Positions 1 to 12,095 of a DNA stretch of 64,000 nt are shown one piece after another (positions within the stretch are counted from its first letter, which is position 1; the number at the start of each line of letters is the position of its first letter). The notes below the pieces were generated by a model. It was not told the DNA's origin. It was given only the letters and a program-made list of their open reading frames with translations, and searched no databases. The stretch lies in assembly GCA_965235115.1 (NCBI GenBank), contig OZ249445.1, forward strand, positions 17,670,001 to 17,734,000, in the 5' to 3' direction. The position numbers were made by a program, and so were the translations under genes. Source of the stretch: Laetmonice hystrix (taxonomy: Eukaryota).

Positions 1-455
1 CAGTGACACGGTTCCATGTGACCTGATAACGTGTCACAGTGACACGGTTCCATGTGACCTGATAACGTGTCACAGTGACACGGTTCCATGTGACCTGATA
101 ACGTGTCACAGTGACACGGTTCCATGTGACCTGATAACGTGTCACAGTGACACGGTTCCCTGTGACCTGATAACCTGTCACAGTGACCCGGTTCCCTGTG
201 ACCTGATAACGTGTCACAGTGACACGGTTCCATGTGACCTGATAACCTGTCACAGTGACACGGTTCCATGTGACCTGATAACCTGTCACAGTGACACGGT
301 TCCATGTGATCTGATAACCTGTCACAGTGACACGGTTCCCTGTGACCTGATAACCTGTCACAGTGACACGGTTCCATGTGATCTGATAACCTGTCACAGT
401 GACACGGTTCCATGTGACCTGATAACCTGTCACAGTGACCCGGTTCCGTGTGACC
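1..455. repeat. 36-bp tandem minisatellite, ~12.6 copies, runs off the left edge
   Basis: Unit cagtgacacggttccatgtgacctgataac(g/c)tgtca repeats without spacers. The unit junction forms the interrupted palindrome gtgtcac-a-gtgacac. Confidence 0.97.
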
Positions 456-482
456 CCAGCCAGCTCCAGCAGACAGTCATAC

Positions 483-577
483 CTTCAAGTGTTTCTGGAC
501 CGAGGTTGGTTGGACTGGTGTTGGTGTTGGCCGGCTGTCCAGGCGCTTCCAGTCTGAGGGAAGTCTGGAGTTAGCTT
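483..577 (-). CDS. Candidate internal exon of a neighbouring minus-strand gene (95 nt, phase 1 to 0)
   Basis: Minus-strand acceptor ctgttattgtag| and donor AAG|gtatga enclose an open frame xANSRLPSDWKRLDSRPTPTPVQPTSVQKHLK. No partner exons identified. Confidence 0.3.
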
Positions 578-2370
578 CTACAATAACAGGTCGACTAGCA
601 GTTAACTCATGCCAGAAGGCTGGCTTGGAGAGCACCCCAGGTTAGATAAACTATGGAAAGTCTAGGGATGTAAGGGAAGAGCGGATGATGCAGTTAGAGT
701 CAGGTTGAAGATATGAAACAGTTAATTTAATATAAACATGAAAACAACTCATGCCAGGTTGGTGTGGGGGCACCTACATTTTGTAAGGCAAATGGGGTTT
801 CAACCTCGGACTTAGGATCAAGTTCATGTGAAGGATTTGAGAGTTATGAGTGACTTTCCGTTTAGGAATGTCTACTTCCAGGAATCTGTGGTTTCCAGGA
901 TTCCAAGAAATCATTCCATCACCACAGGATACTCTGGGAAAGGGAAAGTTCTCTGAGATGGAGTTTGGCTGAAATTCCTATTTTAATACCTGGAACCAGC
1001 TCTCCGAATGAGATTGAGATTGTGGAGATCTGTAAAGACACCTTGCCCTGACCATGGACTATATTTACTGTGGATAGTTTGGACACCATGACCATCCAAG
1101 AACCTCAATGATGGGATCTCTATCAGATACTCAATGTTGTCCCCGGTAGGCGGGGAGCAGAGACCTCATACAGGCCTGCCTATGGCGGGTAATGTTACCC
1201 GGAACATGATGACTCAGGGTCGCTCGGTACGGGCAACCTCATTCTAGACTTTTGGCAAAATGATACCAAAAAAAGTGGCAAAGTGTCGGGAAGCAGGGAG
1301 GTAGCTGTAGAATCGATCACCACTACTGATACTAACCAGAAGTTATAAAATTCTAGTACTAGAAACCAAAGTTTGAATGCAAGGGCTTACGGCAGGAAGG
1401 GCTGCAGGCCAGGTTATGGTGGGCCCGAGGGGTGCCATCCGATCCGAAGTCCCAAGTCTAGCGTACTGTCTCAGAGGATGACTTGTCCGCCTCAGGTCTC
1501 AACAAGGTGTCCTCGAGTAGTAGGAGTTGTACTGTTTATGTTAACATGGTATATCCATGCCTGTCAGCGCCCGCCAACATCTACCAAATAACATAACAAT
1601 ATCGGGCTAGTTTGGTCGGACCTCGGCCCCCGCTACATGGGTGGCACAGCCCCCCCCCCCCCCCCCCTAGTCTCTGGTCCGGCACCTTCAGGTCAAACTT
1701 CAGCATCTCCCTGTTCGGCTCTGGTTATTTCTACTCTTTGATGTCATGTTTAGACGTTGCCATAGATACACTGACAGAAAGAGGGATCGAAAACTGTGTC
1801 TGCAATGAGAGTAACTTTACATTACACCATATTCTGTGCACGGTTCAATGGTAGAGTGTACTACTGGGTGACTGACATGATAGTGCAAACTCTATAAATC
1901 TGTATGAGTAAAAGTCTGTAAAAATTTATCAGTTTGTACCACATTAAGGATCGAAACAGTAAACATTTTATTGAAGAGGAAATAAAAACAGACAGAAGAT
2001 CTGTGTAAAATAATATCTAGTATTTGGTGTTAGCTCAGCGGGATCGAGGTGTAAGATGTATAACAGAGTGTCTCCGGACACAGCAGGCTTCAGTCGGGGA
2101 CAAAAAAAACTGGCTCTGCCATGCTGAGTGCTATTACAATAGATGATAGTTGTAGCGACACATACTGGCAGGGTTGAAGGCGGCGGAAAGTGTTCTTTTG
2201 ATCTTTTTGTTACCTTGTGCCAAGTACAGAGGGGGGGGGGGTGAATGAATGAAGTAAATAGGGCAAACTGTGGGTAAAAATACTGGGCAGTATGGCCAAA
2301 CAGCGTTATTAGAGAAAATCTCTGCCCTGTGAACTGGCGACAGATTGTCTTGATCGAAAACAGTGAAAAA

Positions 2371-4219
2371 ACGGACAATCGCTTCCTGTCATACTCTGTA
2401 TCCGTGAAGTAAGTGATGTTGAGGGTTCATAATTACGGACAATCGCTTCCTGTCATACTCTGTATCCGTGAAGTAAGTGATGTTGAGGGTTCATAATTAC
2501 GGACAATCGCTTCCTGTCATACTGTGTATCCGTGAAGTAAGTGATGTTGAGGGTTCATAATTACGGACAATCGCTTCCTGTCATACTCTCTATCCGTGAA
2601 GTAAGTGATGTTGAGGGTTCATAATTACGGACAATCGCTTCCTGTCATACTCTGTATCCGTGAAGTAAGTGATGTTGAGGGTTCATAATTACGGACAATC
2701 GTTTCCTGTCATACTCTGTATCCGTGAAGTAAGTGATGTTGAGGGTTCATAATTACGGACAATCGCTTCCTGTCATACTCTGTATCCGTAAAGTAAGTGA
2801 TGTTGAGGGTTCATAATTACGGACAATCGCTTCCTGTCATACTCTGTATCCATGAAGTAAGTGATGTTGAGGGTTCATAATTACGGACAATCGCTTCCTG
2901 TCATACTCTGTATCCGTGAAGTAAGTGATGTTGAGGGTTCATAATTACGGACAATCGCTTCCTGTCATACTCTGTATCCGTGAAGTAAGTGATGTTGAGG
3001 GTTCATAATTACGGACAATCGCTTCCTGTCATACTCTGTATCCGTGAAGTAAGTGATGTTGAGGGTTCATAATTACGGACAATCGCTTCCTGTCATACTC
3101 TGTATCCGTGAAGTAAGTGATGTTGAGGGTTCATAATTACGGACAATCGCTTCCTGTCATACTCTGTATCCGTGAAGTAAGTGATGTTGAGGGTTCATAA
3201 TTACGGACAATCGCTTCCTGTCATACTCTCTATCCGTGAAGTAAGTGATGTTGAGGGTTCATAATTACGGACAATCGCTTCCTGTCATACTCTGTATCCG
3301 TGAAGTAAGTGATGTTGAGGGTCCATAATTACGGACAATCGCTTCCTGTCATACTCTGTATCCGTGAAGTAAGTGATGTTGAGGGTTCATAATTACGGAC
3401 AATCGTTTCCTGTCATACTCTGTATCTGTGAAGTAAGTGATGTTGAGGGTTCATAATTACGGACAATCGCTTCCTGTCATACTCTGTATCAGTGAAGTAA
3501 GTGATGTTGAGGGTTCATAATTACGGACAATCGCTTCCTGTCATACTCTGTATCCGTGAAGTAAGTGATGTTGAGGGTCCATAATTACAGACAATCTTTT
3601 CCTGTCATACTCTGTATCAGTGAAGTAAGTGATGTTGAGGGTTCATAATTACGGACAATCGTTTCCTGTCATACTCTGTATCCGTGAAGTAAGTGATGTT
3701 GAGGGTTCATAATTACGGACAATCGCTTCCTGTCATACTCTGTATCCGTGAAGTAAGTGATGTTGAGGGTTCATAATTACGGACAATCGCTTCCTGTCAT
3801 ACTCTGTATCCGTGAAGTAAGTGATGTTGAGGGTTCATAATTACAGACAATCTTTTCCTGTCATACTCTGTATCCGTGAAGTAAGTGATGTTGAGGGTTC
3901 ATAATTACGGACAATCGCTTCCATCATACTCTGTATCCGTGAAGTAAGTGATGTTGAGGGTTCATAATTACGGACAATCGCTTCCTGTCATACTCTGTAT
4001 CCGTGAAGTAAGTGATGTTGAGGGTTCATAATTACAGACAATCTTTTCCTGTCATACTCTGTATCCGTGAAGTAAGTGATGTTGAGGGTTCATAATTACG
4101 GACAATCGCTTCCATCATACTCTGTATCCGTGAAGTAAGTGATGTTGAGGGTTCATAATTACGGACAATCGCTTCCTGTCATACTCTGTATCCGTGAAGT
4201 AAGTGATGTTGAGGGTTCA
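2371..4219. repeat. 64-bp tandem minisatellite, ~29 copies
   Basis: Unit acggacaatcgcttcctgtcatactctgtatccgtgaagtaagtgatgttgagggttcataatt, highly homogeneous with a few recurring variants. Confidence 0.98.
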
Positions 4220-4587
4220 CAATTTGTATCCGAGGACCAATCCACGCTACTGATGTTTCTTACAACACAAATTGAGCAACTTGAATTGTCCAAGTAGAAG
4301 AGTAAAACGTTGCTAACCATGTTACGGCTATAGTTGTAGACCGAGCAGGGCCGGGTTGCCAGGCTGACCCAGACAGAGATGTAATTTGCCTAGCAACAGA
4401 AGGCTGTAGTGAGACAGGTGTTGGTTTACATGCTGGGCCGACTCACATGGGAAATGTTTCAGCAGGATATTATGATCTTTTACCTAGACGTTAGCAAGTA
4501 AGTTAGGAACACCATCAGCAATACCTCCCCCCCACCCCCACCCCCACCCTCACCCCCCAATCACTTCCACCCGATTGAAAACACCTA

Positions 4588-4601
4588 CTGCCCCCTGGTG
4601 G
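4588..4601 (-). promoter_or_regulatory. CTCF-like core motif
   Basis: Minus strand reads CCACCAGGGGGCAG, matching the CTCF core consensus. It lies ~80 bp upstream of a candidate start exon. Confidence 0.45.
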
Positions 4602-4682
4602 CGACCCAGATGTTAATCACTCAAGATGTACATATTTGGCTTCTGGCCCAGATTCTACAGCACGGGTCATCCAGGAAAAAAG

Positions 4683-4701
4683 ATGGCCGATATAACCTTT
4701 G
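4683..4701 (+). CDS. Candidate first coding exon (MADITF, phase-1 donor)
   Basis: aagATGG start context, followed by the donor TTG|gtgagc. Linkage to the downstream gene is not demonstrated. Confidence 0.35.
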
Positions 4702-5950
4702 GTGAGCGTGTGTGAGGTACGTCAGTCGGGCGACTGTGAGAACAAACTGAAGGAGCTGGCTTCTCTTTGAGATTGAGGAGTACGGGGTGTGATAGTGGAA
4801 GGGCTGTTGGTTCGCCTTGACGTCAGAGAAAGTCTGTACTACCCCCTCCAAACTTACCCCTGCCAGTAGGTACATAGTAGGCCAGGTATAAGTGGGCTTA
4901 TAAACAACCTATGTGCATTTGGAGATTCTATGCTCATAACAGTGGAGCGTCATCTGGAATTTAAGTGCGTAAAATGAAAAGAAAAGAGGAAATAACGGGT
5001 CAATATGGAAAGAAAAAACCACAATAACCAAGGATACGATAATCAATACATGTACATGTATATTCTTGTCCCTTTATAGGATTAAGAACTGATTTTTTTT
5101 TTCATAACAAAAATCATAATTAGTTTGATGGGTGAATTCCTCAGCTGGTGCCCACATCTGGATGTTGGCCTTACGACCGTGCCGCAAGCAGTTGCCATTA
5201 CATCACAACGGCAACAGTCAAAGTAGGTCATGTGACCTTCTCTGAATACAAAAAGGGGGGTGGAGCTCCTGTCAGGGCGGGTATTTGACATGAGGACTGG
5301 GTACATTGACAGGAGATTGGACGTTGACGTCCTGCATGTCGCCGCCAGAGTCACAATTCATGGTGACACTATGTGGGCCCAGCAGTAGGAACGATGGTGA
5401 GACCTTCATATCTATATATCATGCAGACGCTGAGTTTGTCCATTGTTTGAGCGTGTATGAATATATCAGAGTTTGGGGTGGCTGGAGTGATGTTTGACAT
5501 TGAACTGACACGTGGTGGAGAACTAATTGCAGGCAGGTTGGGTAAACACCACGTGATCAGAGATTCGATGAGGTAAGAGACTGCCACTGTAATCTCTAGA
5601 CGTCACAGTCTTCAGGAAGAAAAATCGTGCCCCTCAGGCAATGTGAGGTGTCTCATTCGATATTTGTAATGGTAGGGCTAGAGTTATGAAGTATTTAATG
5701 TATATTGTATTGTCTGACATTGACAACCGTTCTGACTATAATATTGATAGGTGGAGCCGACAGCTGTCGTTCGGTGGACACTGTAGCTGTCAACTCCCGG
5801 GCTGTTCGTATGGCCCAGTCAGTATACCTTGGACAGTATTGTTCTGTGTCCGAGAGAACATATTTGTGGGATGCGATCTGGCTGCCATGATGAAATCATC
5901 TCAATATTGGGGGTGGGGGTGGTGGGTCGCCATCTGTTTTAGTCTGGCTG

Positions 5951-6469
5951 GGCTAGCCTTCACTGTTCCCACCGACCAGACAGTCATTAATGACGTACAC
6001 ACAGATAACAATTGACCGTTTCACGTTGTGTTTAGCATGAGGTATGTTTCTGTCCCTGGCTAGCCTTCACTGTTCCCACCGACCAGACAGTCATTAATGA
6101 CGTACACACAGATAACAATTGACCGTTTCACGTTGTGTTTAGCATGAGGTATGTTTCTGTCCCTGGCTAGCCTTCACTGTTCCCACCGACCAGACAGTCA
6201 TTAATGACGTACACACAGATAACAATTGACCGTTTCACCTTGTGTTTAGCATGAGGTATGTTTCTGTCCCTGGCTAGCCTTCACTGTTCCCACCGACCAG
6301 ACAGTCATTAAGGACGTACACACAGATAACAATTGACCGTTTCACGTTGTGTTTAGCATGAGGTATGTTTCCGTCCCTGGCTAGCCTTCACTGTTCCCAC
6401 CGACCAGACAGTCATTAATGACGTACACACAGATAACAATTGACCGGTTCACCTTGTGTTTAGCATGAG
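5951..6469. repeat. 107-bp tandem repeat, ~4.8 copies
   Basis: ggctagccttcactgttccc... recurs at 5951, 6058, 6165, 6272 and 6379. Confidence 0.97.
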
Positions 6470-7204
6470 ATATATTTGGTCCGACCTTTCATATATAGTC
6501 TGGACTCCACCGTAGTATTGTTTGACCTGGCAGAGATTCGTAGAATACCAATAGAGTCGTGGCTGGCAAGATGTCTTAGATTGGAATGCTAACCACGGTT
6601 GGTTCAGATTGAACGCGAGCCGGAAAAAGGGCGATTTGTTTGGCATAGTTTACGTGTATGACGCAGTGGTGCGCCCAGATTTGTAATGTTGTCTGCCTCA
6701 TAATGGCCGTTAGACTTATGAGCAGGAATTCCTCATGTTCCTGTATGATACAGTCGTAGGTTAATTTCCTTTCCATTGTCGAGGTGAAACTTGAGGTATT
6801 ATTATCTGGATGATCGTAGTGATCCCATTCTGACGGATGATTCAGTTATACGAGGCCACCCTCCTCTAGTTCTGCCCAGAATAAAATCTTACGGACTCCG
6901 TCAGATCTAATGGAATCTATAATCGGAGTAAGATTGACCTTCTGGTCAGGGGTGAGCTGGGTATTTGGATACGTTTTCTGCCAGACGTTGACGGTTGGTG
7001 AATATTGTATTCAGACTGTACTTCAGGTGTGTACGCCACTGGAGCTGACATCTTGATACGTACCCCTACCCTGGCGGTATGATACAATGTAACCTGGGCA
7101 ATAATAGGTAACCTTACCTAACGGCAACCACCACCTACTTCATCACTGTCATCAGTGCAAGGAATGTGGCCCGTTAAGATTCCCTAGATAAGTTAGAGGT
7201 GGCG

Positions 7205-7480
7205 GTAGGGTCCTCCTGGCGCACTGTCCTCCCCAGGGCAAGGGGTGGGGGGTGGGGGGTGGACGGGACATAGCGAGGCTGACACAGGGGTCATTCGATC
7301 CAAGGATCCTTTACCAAGCCATTCCCCAGTATATTAAAATAGTAGGGTCCTCCTGGGGCCGTGTCCTCCTCGGGGCAAGGGGGGGGGGGGGGGTGGACGG
7401 GACATAGCGAGGCTGACACAGCTAGGGGTCATTCGATGCAAGGATCCTTTACCAAGCCATTCCCAGTGTATTAAAATAGT
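7205..7480. repeat. Tandem duplication of ~137 bp (2 diverged copies)
   Basis: gtagggtcctcctgg...ttaaaata occurs at 7205 and 7342. The internal G-tract is interrupted in copy 1 and a pure G15 in copy 2. Confidence 0.9.
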
Positions 7481-8112
7481 TTAACAATGATTAGTTTCCA
7501 ATGATTTGTTTCCGATTTGTTGATTTGTGGTTATTGGTGATAATTACATGGTGACCTACTTAAAGATTTACCACGTGCACTGATTGGTGGGTGTAGTACT
7601 TGGCTGATTTAGACAACATCTTTGGTCAGGTGAGGACATCAAATATTGGCTGGCAGTCCCAATAGTGAGGTCTGACCCGTTTTGACCACTAGACCGTACA
7701 TCCCCTGACCTTGCTAATTGTTACTCGTTCTCAGACCTGATTATTCATGAGGTCATACAAGACATCAGATTTTGGTTGGTTAATAGAAACAGCAACCCTA
7801 ACGGACGTTTTCTCCATTTAGTTCAGTTAGATTTACAGTTCAGTCTAGGTATAGTATCATTTACAATAAGTCAAGGACTTTGATGGGTTTAGAGAATTGT
7901 TAATTTTTGTTGTGCCTTGATTCCTGACGTTCTGTTGAGTCAGATGTGGGGAAACACCCACAAACTGGGCGAGGACTCTGTGACCTCACGCAGGGACAGT
8001 GGAGAAAGTCATCTCAATGGAGAGGGTTGGGGTGAAGGGTTGATTAGCATGCACCCCCCACCCCATCCATCAGGGTGTGGACTCTGAAGGCTGACCTTGA
8101 TAAGTACTGGGG

Positions 8113-8695
8113 CAGAACATTAACTCGCTCTTCACCATGTCTCAGGGTCCAAATTCTGACGATGTCGGCCCAGAACATTAACTCGCTCTTCACCATGTCT
8201 CAGGGTCCAAATTCTGAGGATGTCGGCCCAGAACATTAACTCGCTCTTCACCATGTCTCAGGGTCCAAATTCGGAGGATGTCGGCCCAGAACATTAACTC
8301 GCTCTTCACCATGTCTCAGGGTCCAAATTCTGACGATGTCGGCCCAGAACATTAACTCGCTCTTCACCATGTCTCAGGGTCCAAATTCTGACGATGTCGG
8401 CCCAGAACATTAACTCGCTCTTCACCATGTCTCAGGGTCCAAATTCTGACGATGTCGGCCCAGGACATTAACTCGCTCTTCACCATGTCTCAGGGTCCAA
8501 ATTCTGAGCATGTCGGCCCAGAACATTAACTCGCTCTTCACCATGTCTCAGGGTCCAAATTCTGACGATGTCGGCCCAGAACATTAACTCGCTCTTCACC
8601 ATGTCTCAGGGTCCAAATTCTGAGCATGTCGGCCCAGAACATTAACTCGCTCTTCACCATGTCTCAGGGTCCAAATTCTGAGCATGTCGGCCCAG
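8113..8695. repeat. 58-bp tandem minisatellite, 10 copies
   Basis: Unit cagaacattaactcgctcttcaccatgtctcagggtccaaattctgacgatgtcggcc. Confidence 0.97.
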
Positions 8696-10960
8696 GAGAT
8701 TTTCTGCAGTCCAAAAACGAAAAAAAAGGGTAATGAAGTTGTTTTACGAAACTGACAGAAAAGTTCGATTCCTTTTCTGGGTGATTCATTACATGTTTTG
8801 GCGTGTCATGGGAGGTTGATAGCAGCGTGTATGAGAAATACAAGTGAAAGTGCATGTGAAACTGACGCCTGAGAGAATGAACCCGGGTTTCTATGTATAG
8901 TTACCCCTATTCGACTGTAGGTGTCACTGTTGTCTGCCAACTCGCGCCACTACTGCCCCCTGGCCACAACAAGAGGACTCAGTCCGGCCCAGTCAATGTC
9001 GTTCAGCGGACTTGCCTGATCGACAGAGAGTTCATATCTGATCCATGATGACTGGATTACCTCGAGTAACAGAATATAGGTTTGAAGGAGCTGTATTTTC
9101 TTAAGGGACCTTCAAGTCAGGGATCCTGTAGCATAGAATTGCAGTTCATGAACTGTGGCAAATCCAAATTCTTGATTATAGTATTTTCATAAAATAACGT
9201 AAAGTTAGGTTAAAGGGTGATTTAAGTTATGAAATAAATCACCAGGAGGTTTTGATGCACCCTCAACATTAGGCCAAATTGTTATACTCATTTTATCGAA
9301 AAGACAAGGATTTAATTTTTTAATTTCTTAATTTTTATTACAAAGATGTGAGCAGTTAGCAAGACTAGTACCTGTTGATTTGTTAGGACAGAGAAGTCTG
9401 AAACAAAACGGGAAAACAATGTAGGGAATGTTAGGTACTTGAACATTGTCAGTCAGTTTGAAGTGAACATTTAGCAGACGTAATGAGAGGAAACGATGAC
9501 CTAATCAAGATCATCTCAGACATTGACCTCTCCACAATGGATCCCGGCTGGAAAGTGTTAAACGGTGTAGGACCTTGACATAGTGAGAAGCACCCAGCAA
9601 GCTGTTGCTGCCCAGCGCCATGTTTTCTTAATGAAACTGTAGATTGGGACCCACCATCAACCTACAACACAGCCCGGCATCTGGTGGTAGTCCTGGCCCG
9701 GACACAAACCGTGGGGGGTATGGGGCAGGTAAAAATAGACTTCCTCATGTCCCAGCAGTTGGTGGGGAGGAAGGAAGGATTTGGGGGGGGGGGGGGTTCC
9801 TAGAAGAGCGGCAGGAATGAAGAGTAATGATATACGATTTGATGCTGGGGTAGGATGGACAACAGGGCCGCCAGGAAGGAAAGGATGAAGTTTGAAAACA
9901 GGGAGGGGAGGGGAGAGGTCGTAAAGCAAATGTTGCATGACAGTTAGAAGGCAGTGCCCACCTTTGCCCCCCCCCCCCCCCCCAGGGGTGATGAGGAGGG
10001 TAGAGACCCTCTAAGGGTGGAGAGACCTGAGGCAGTGCCTGGTACTGAACGGCTGCACACCGGCATGGTAACCAAACCGGCACCTCTCTACAACACTGAG
10101 AGATGAATTTCTTACACACGGCTCACCCCTAGCTCAGGCGTACTGAAAATGCTAGAAATTATGTACAAATTGACAATTTGTCTTCAAAGGAAATCCTTAA
10201 AAACTTGAAGAATCAAAAAGAACAATATATATCAAATTAAATCATTCAAAACGAGAAAGCATAACTTGATTATAAAGGATTGATCCCCGTACGTCCCAGG
10301 GGCTAGAAATAATAGGTTATACACAAAAGTTGTGGTATCAATAAAGTAGGGTTTTTATAGTACTTAGGACCACAGAAAAAATACTAGAGCAGAATAAGTC
10401 TGAAAAATATGGTATGAAATTGTGATAGGGAAAAATTGAGATAGGGAAGCCCCTAAGAAAGAGGACGAGCTCGCGATAGGGAAAATTTTAATATGACGTC
10501 CAAATTCACATTACATAATGTAATTAGTGTGTGAAGTACTTTGAATTAGGCCATGGGTTATAGGAGTCGTGGGAAGCGAGGAGGGACCATGATGTTGATT
10601 TAATTAAAGTTATTTTGGGAAGCGACAGCCTGTCGAACGTTTTTTCCATCACTCAAAATTCAGGCAAGTATTAAACCTCAATCTGTAATGCTGTGCGCCT
10701 CAACCTTGAATGTGAATGCCACAGCTTGGTGCACAGCTACGACTGTCAGGGATGCTGGCAGTTATTACAAACGTCTACAGACAAAGAAATGGATTGCCAG
10801 CTTGGGGACCTAATTTAGCCTTAGATTATAGTCGGCATAGCAGCGTCCGTGAGAGGAGGCAGTACTGAGGAAGGGTGTGCATTCACAGGCAGACAGAGGA
10901 AGGAGTTTCTATACACATTGAGACTACCAAATAGTGAGTATGGTAGGTTTGTTATATAGG

Positions 10961-12085
10961 GGGAGGTTGTCTGTGCCTGATTCATGACCTTCTTAGCCAG
11001 TCGGGTATCTTACAAGTGTGACCGACTATCTTGTACCTATAGGAAACCTCTGTAATGTGGAAGTGGGAGGTTGTCTGTGCCTGATTCATGACCTTCTTAG
11101 CCAGTCGGGTATCTTACAAGTGTGACCGACTATCTTGTACCTATAGGAAACCTCTGTAATGTGGAAGTGGGAGGTTGTCTGTGCCTGATTCATGACCTTC
11201 TTAGCCAGTCGGGTATCTTACAAGTGTGACAGACTATCTTGTACCTATAGGAAACCTCTGTAATGTGGAAGTGGGAGGTTGTCTGTGCCTGATTCATGAC
11301 CTTCTTAGCCAGTCGGGTATCTTACAAGTGTGACAGACTATCTTGTACCTATAGGAAACCTCTGTAATGTGGAAGTGGGAGGTTGTCTGTGCCTGATTCA
11401 TGACCTTAGCCAGTCGGGTATCTTACAAGTGTGACAGACTGTCTTGTACCTATAGGAAACCTCTGTACTGTGGAAGTGGGAGGTTGTCTGTGCCTGATTC
11501 ATGACCTTAGCCAGTCGGGTATCTTACAAGTGTGACAGACTATCTTGTACCTATAGGAAACCTCTGTAATGTGGAAGTGGGAGGTTGTCTGTGCCTGATT
11601 CATGACCTTAGCCAGTCGGGTATCTTACAAGTGTGACAGACTATCTTGTACCTATAGGAAACCTCTGTAATGTGGAAGTGGGAGGTTGTCTGTGGCTGAT
11701 TCATGACCTTCTTAGCCAGTCGGGTATCTTACAAGTGTGACAGACTATCTTGTACCTATAGGAAACCTCTGTAATGTGGAAGTGGGAGGTTGTCTGTGCC
11801 TGATTCATGACCTTAGCCAGTCGGGTATCTTACAAGTGTGACAGACTGTCTTGTACCTATAGGAAACCTCTGTAATGTGGAAGTGGGAGGTTGTCTGTGC
11901 CTGATTCATGACCTTCTTAGCCAGTCGGGTATCTTACAAGTGTGACAGACTATCTTGTACCTATAGGAAACCTCTGTAATGTGGAAGTGGGAGGTTGTCT
12001 GTGCCTGATTTATGACCTTAGCCAGTCGGGTATCTTACAAGTGTGACAGTCTTGTACCTATAGGAAACCTCTGTAATGTGGAAGT
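10961..12085. repeat. 104/101-bp tandem repeat, 11 copies
   Basis: Unit begins gggaggttgtctgtgcctgattcatgacc. Two length classes differ by a 3-bp ctt indel (accttcttag vs accttag). Confidence 0.97.
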
Positions 12086-12095
12086 CAACCAGAGA

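Noticed and set aside
30-455. CACAGTG (V(D)J RSS heptamer) in every 36-bp unit
   Set aside because: There is no ACAAAAACC nonamer at 12 or 23 bp spacing; the heptamer is simply the centre of the unit's palindrome.
1-12085. Regular arrays that might be read as CRISPR
   Set aside because: The units are contiguous with no unique spacers, there are no cas-like ORFs, and the context is a spliced eukaryotic gene.
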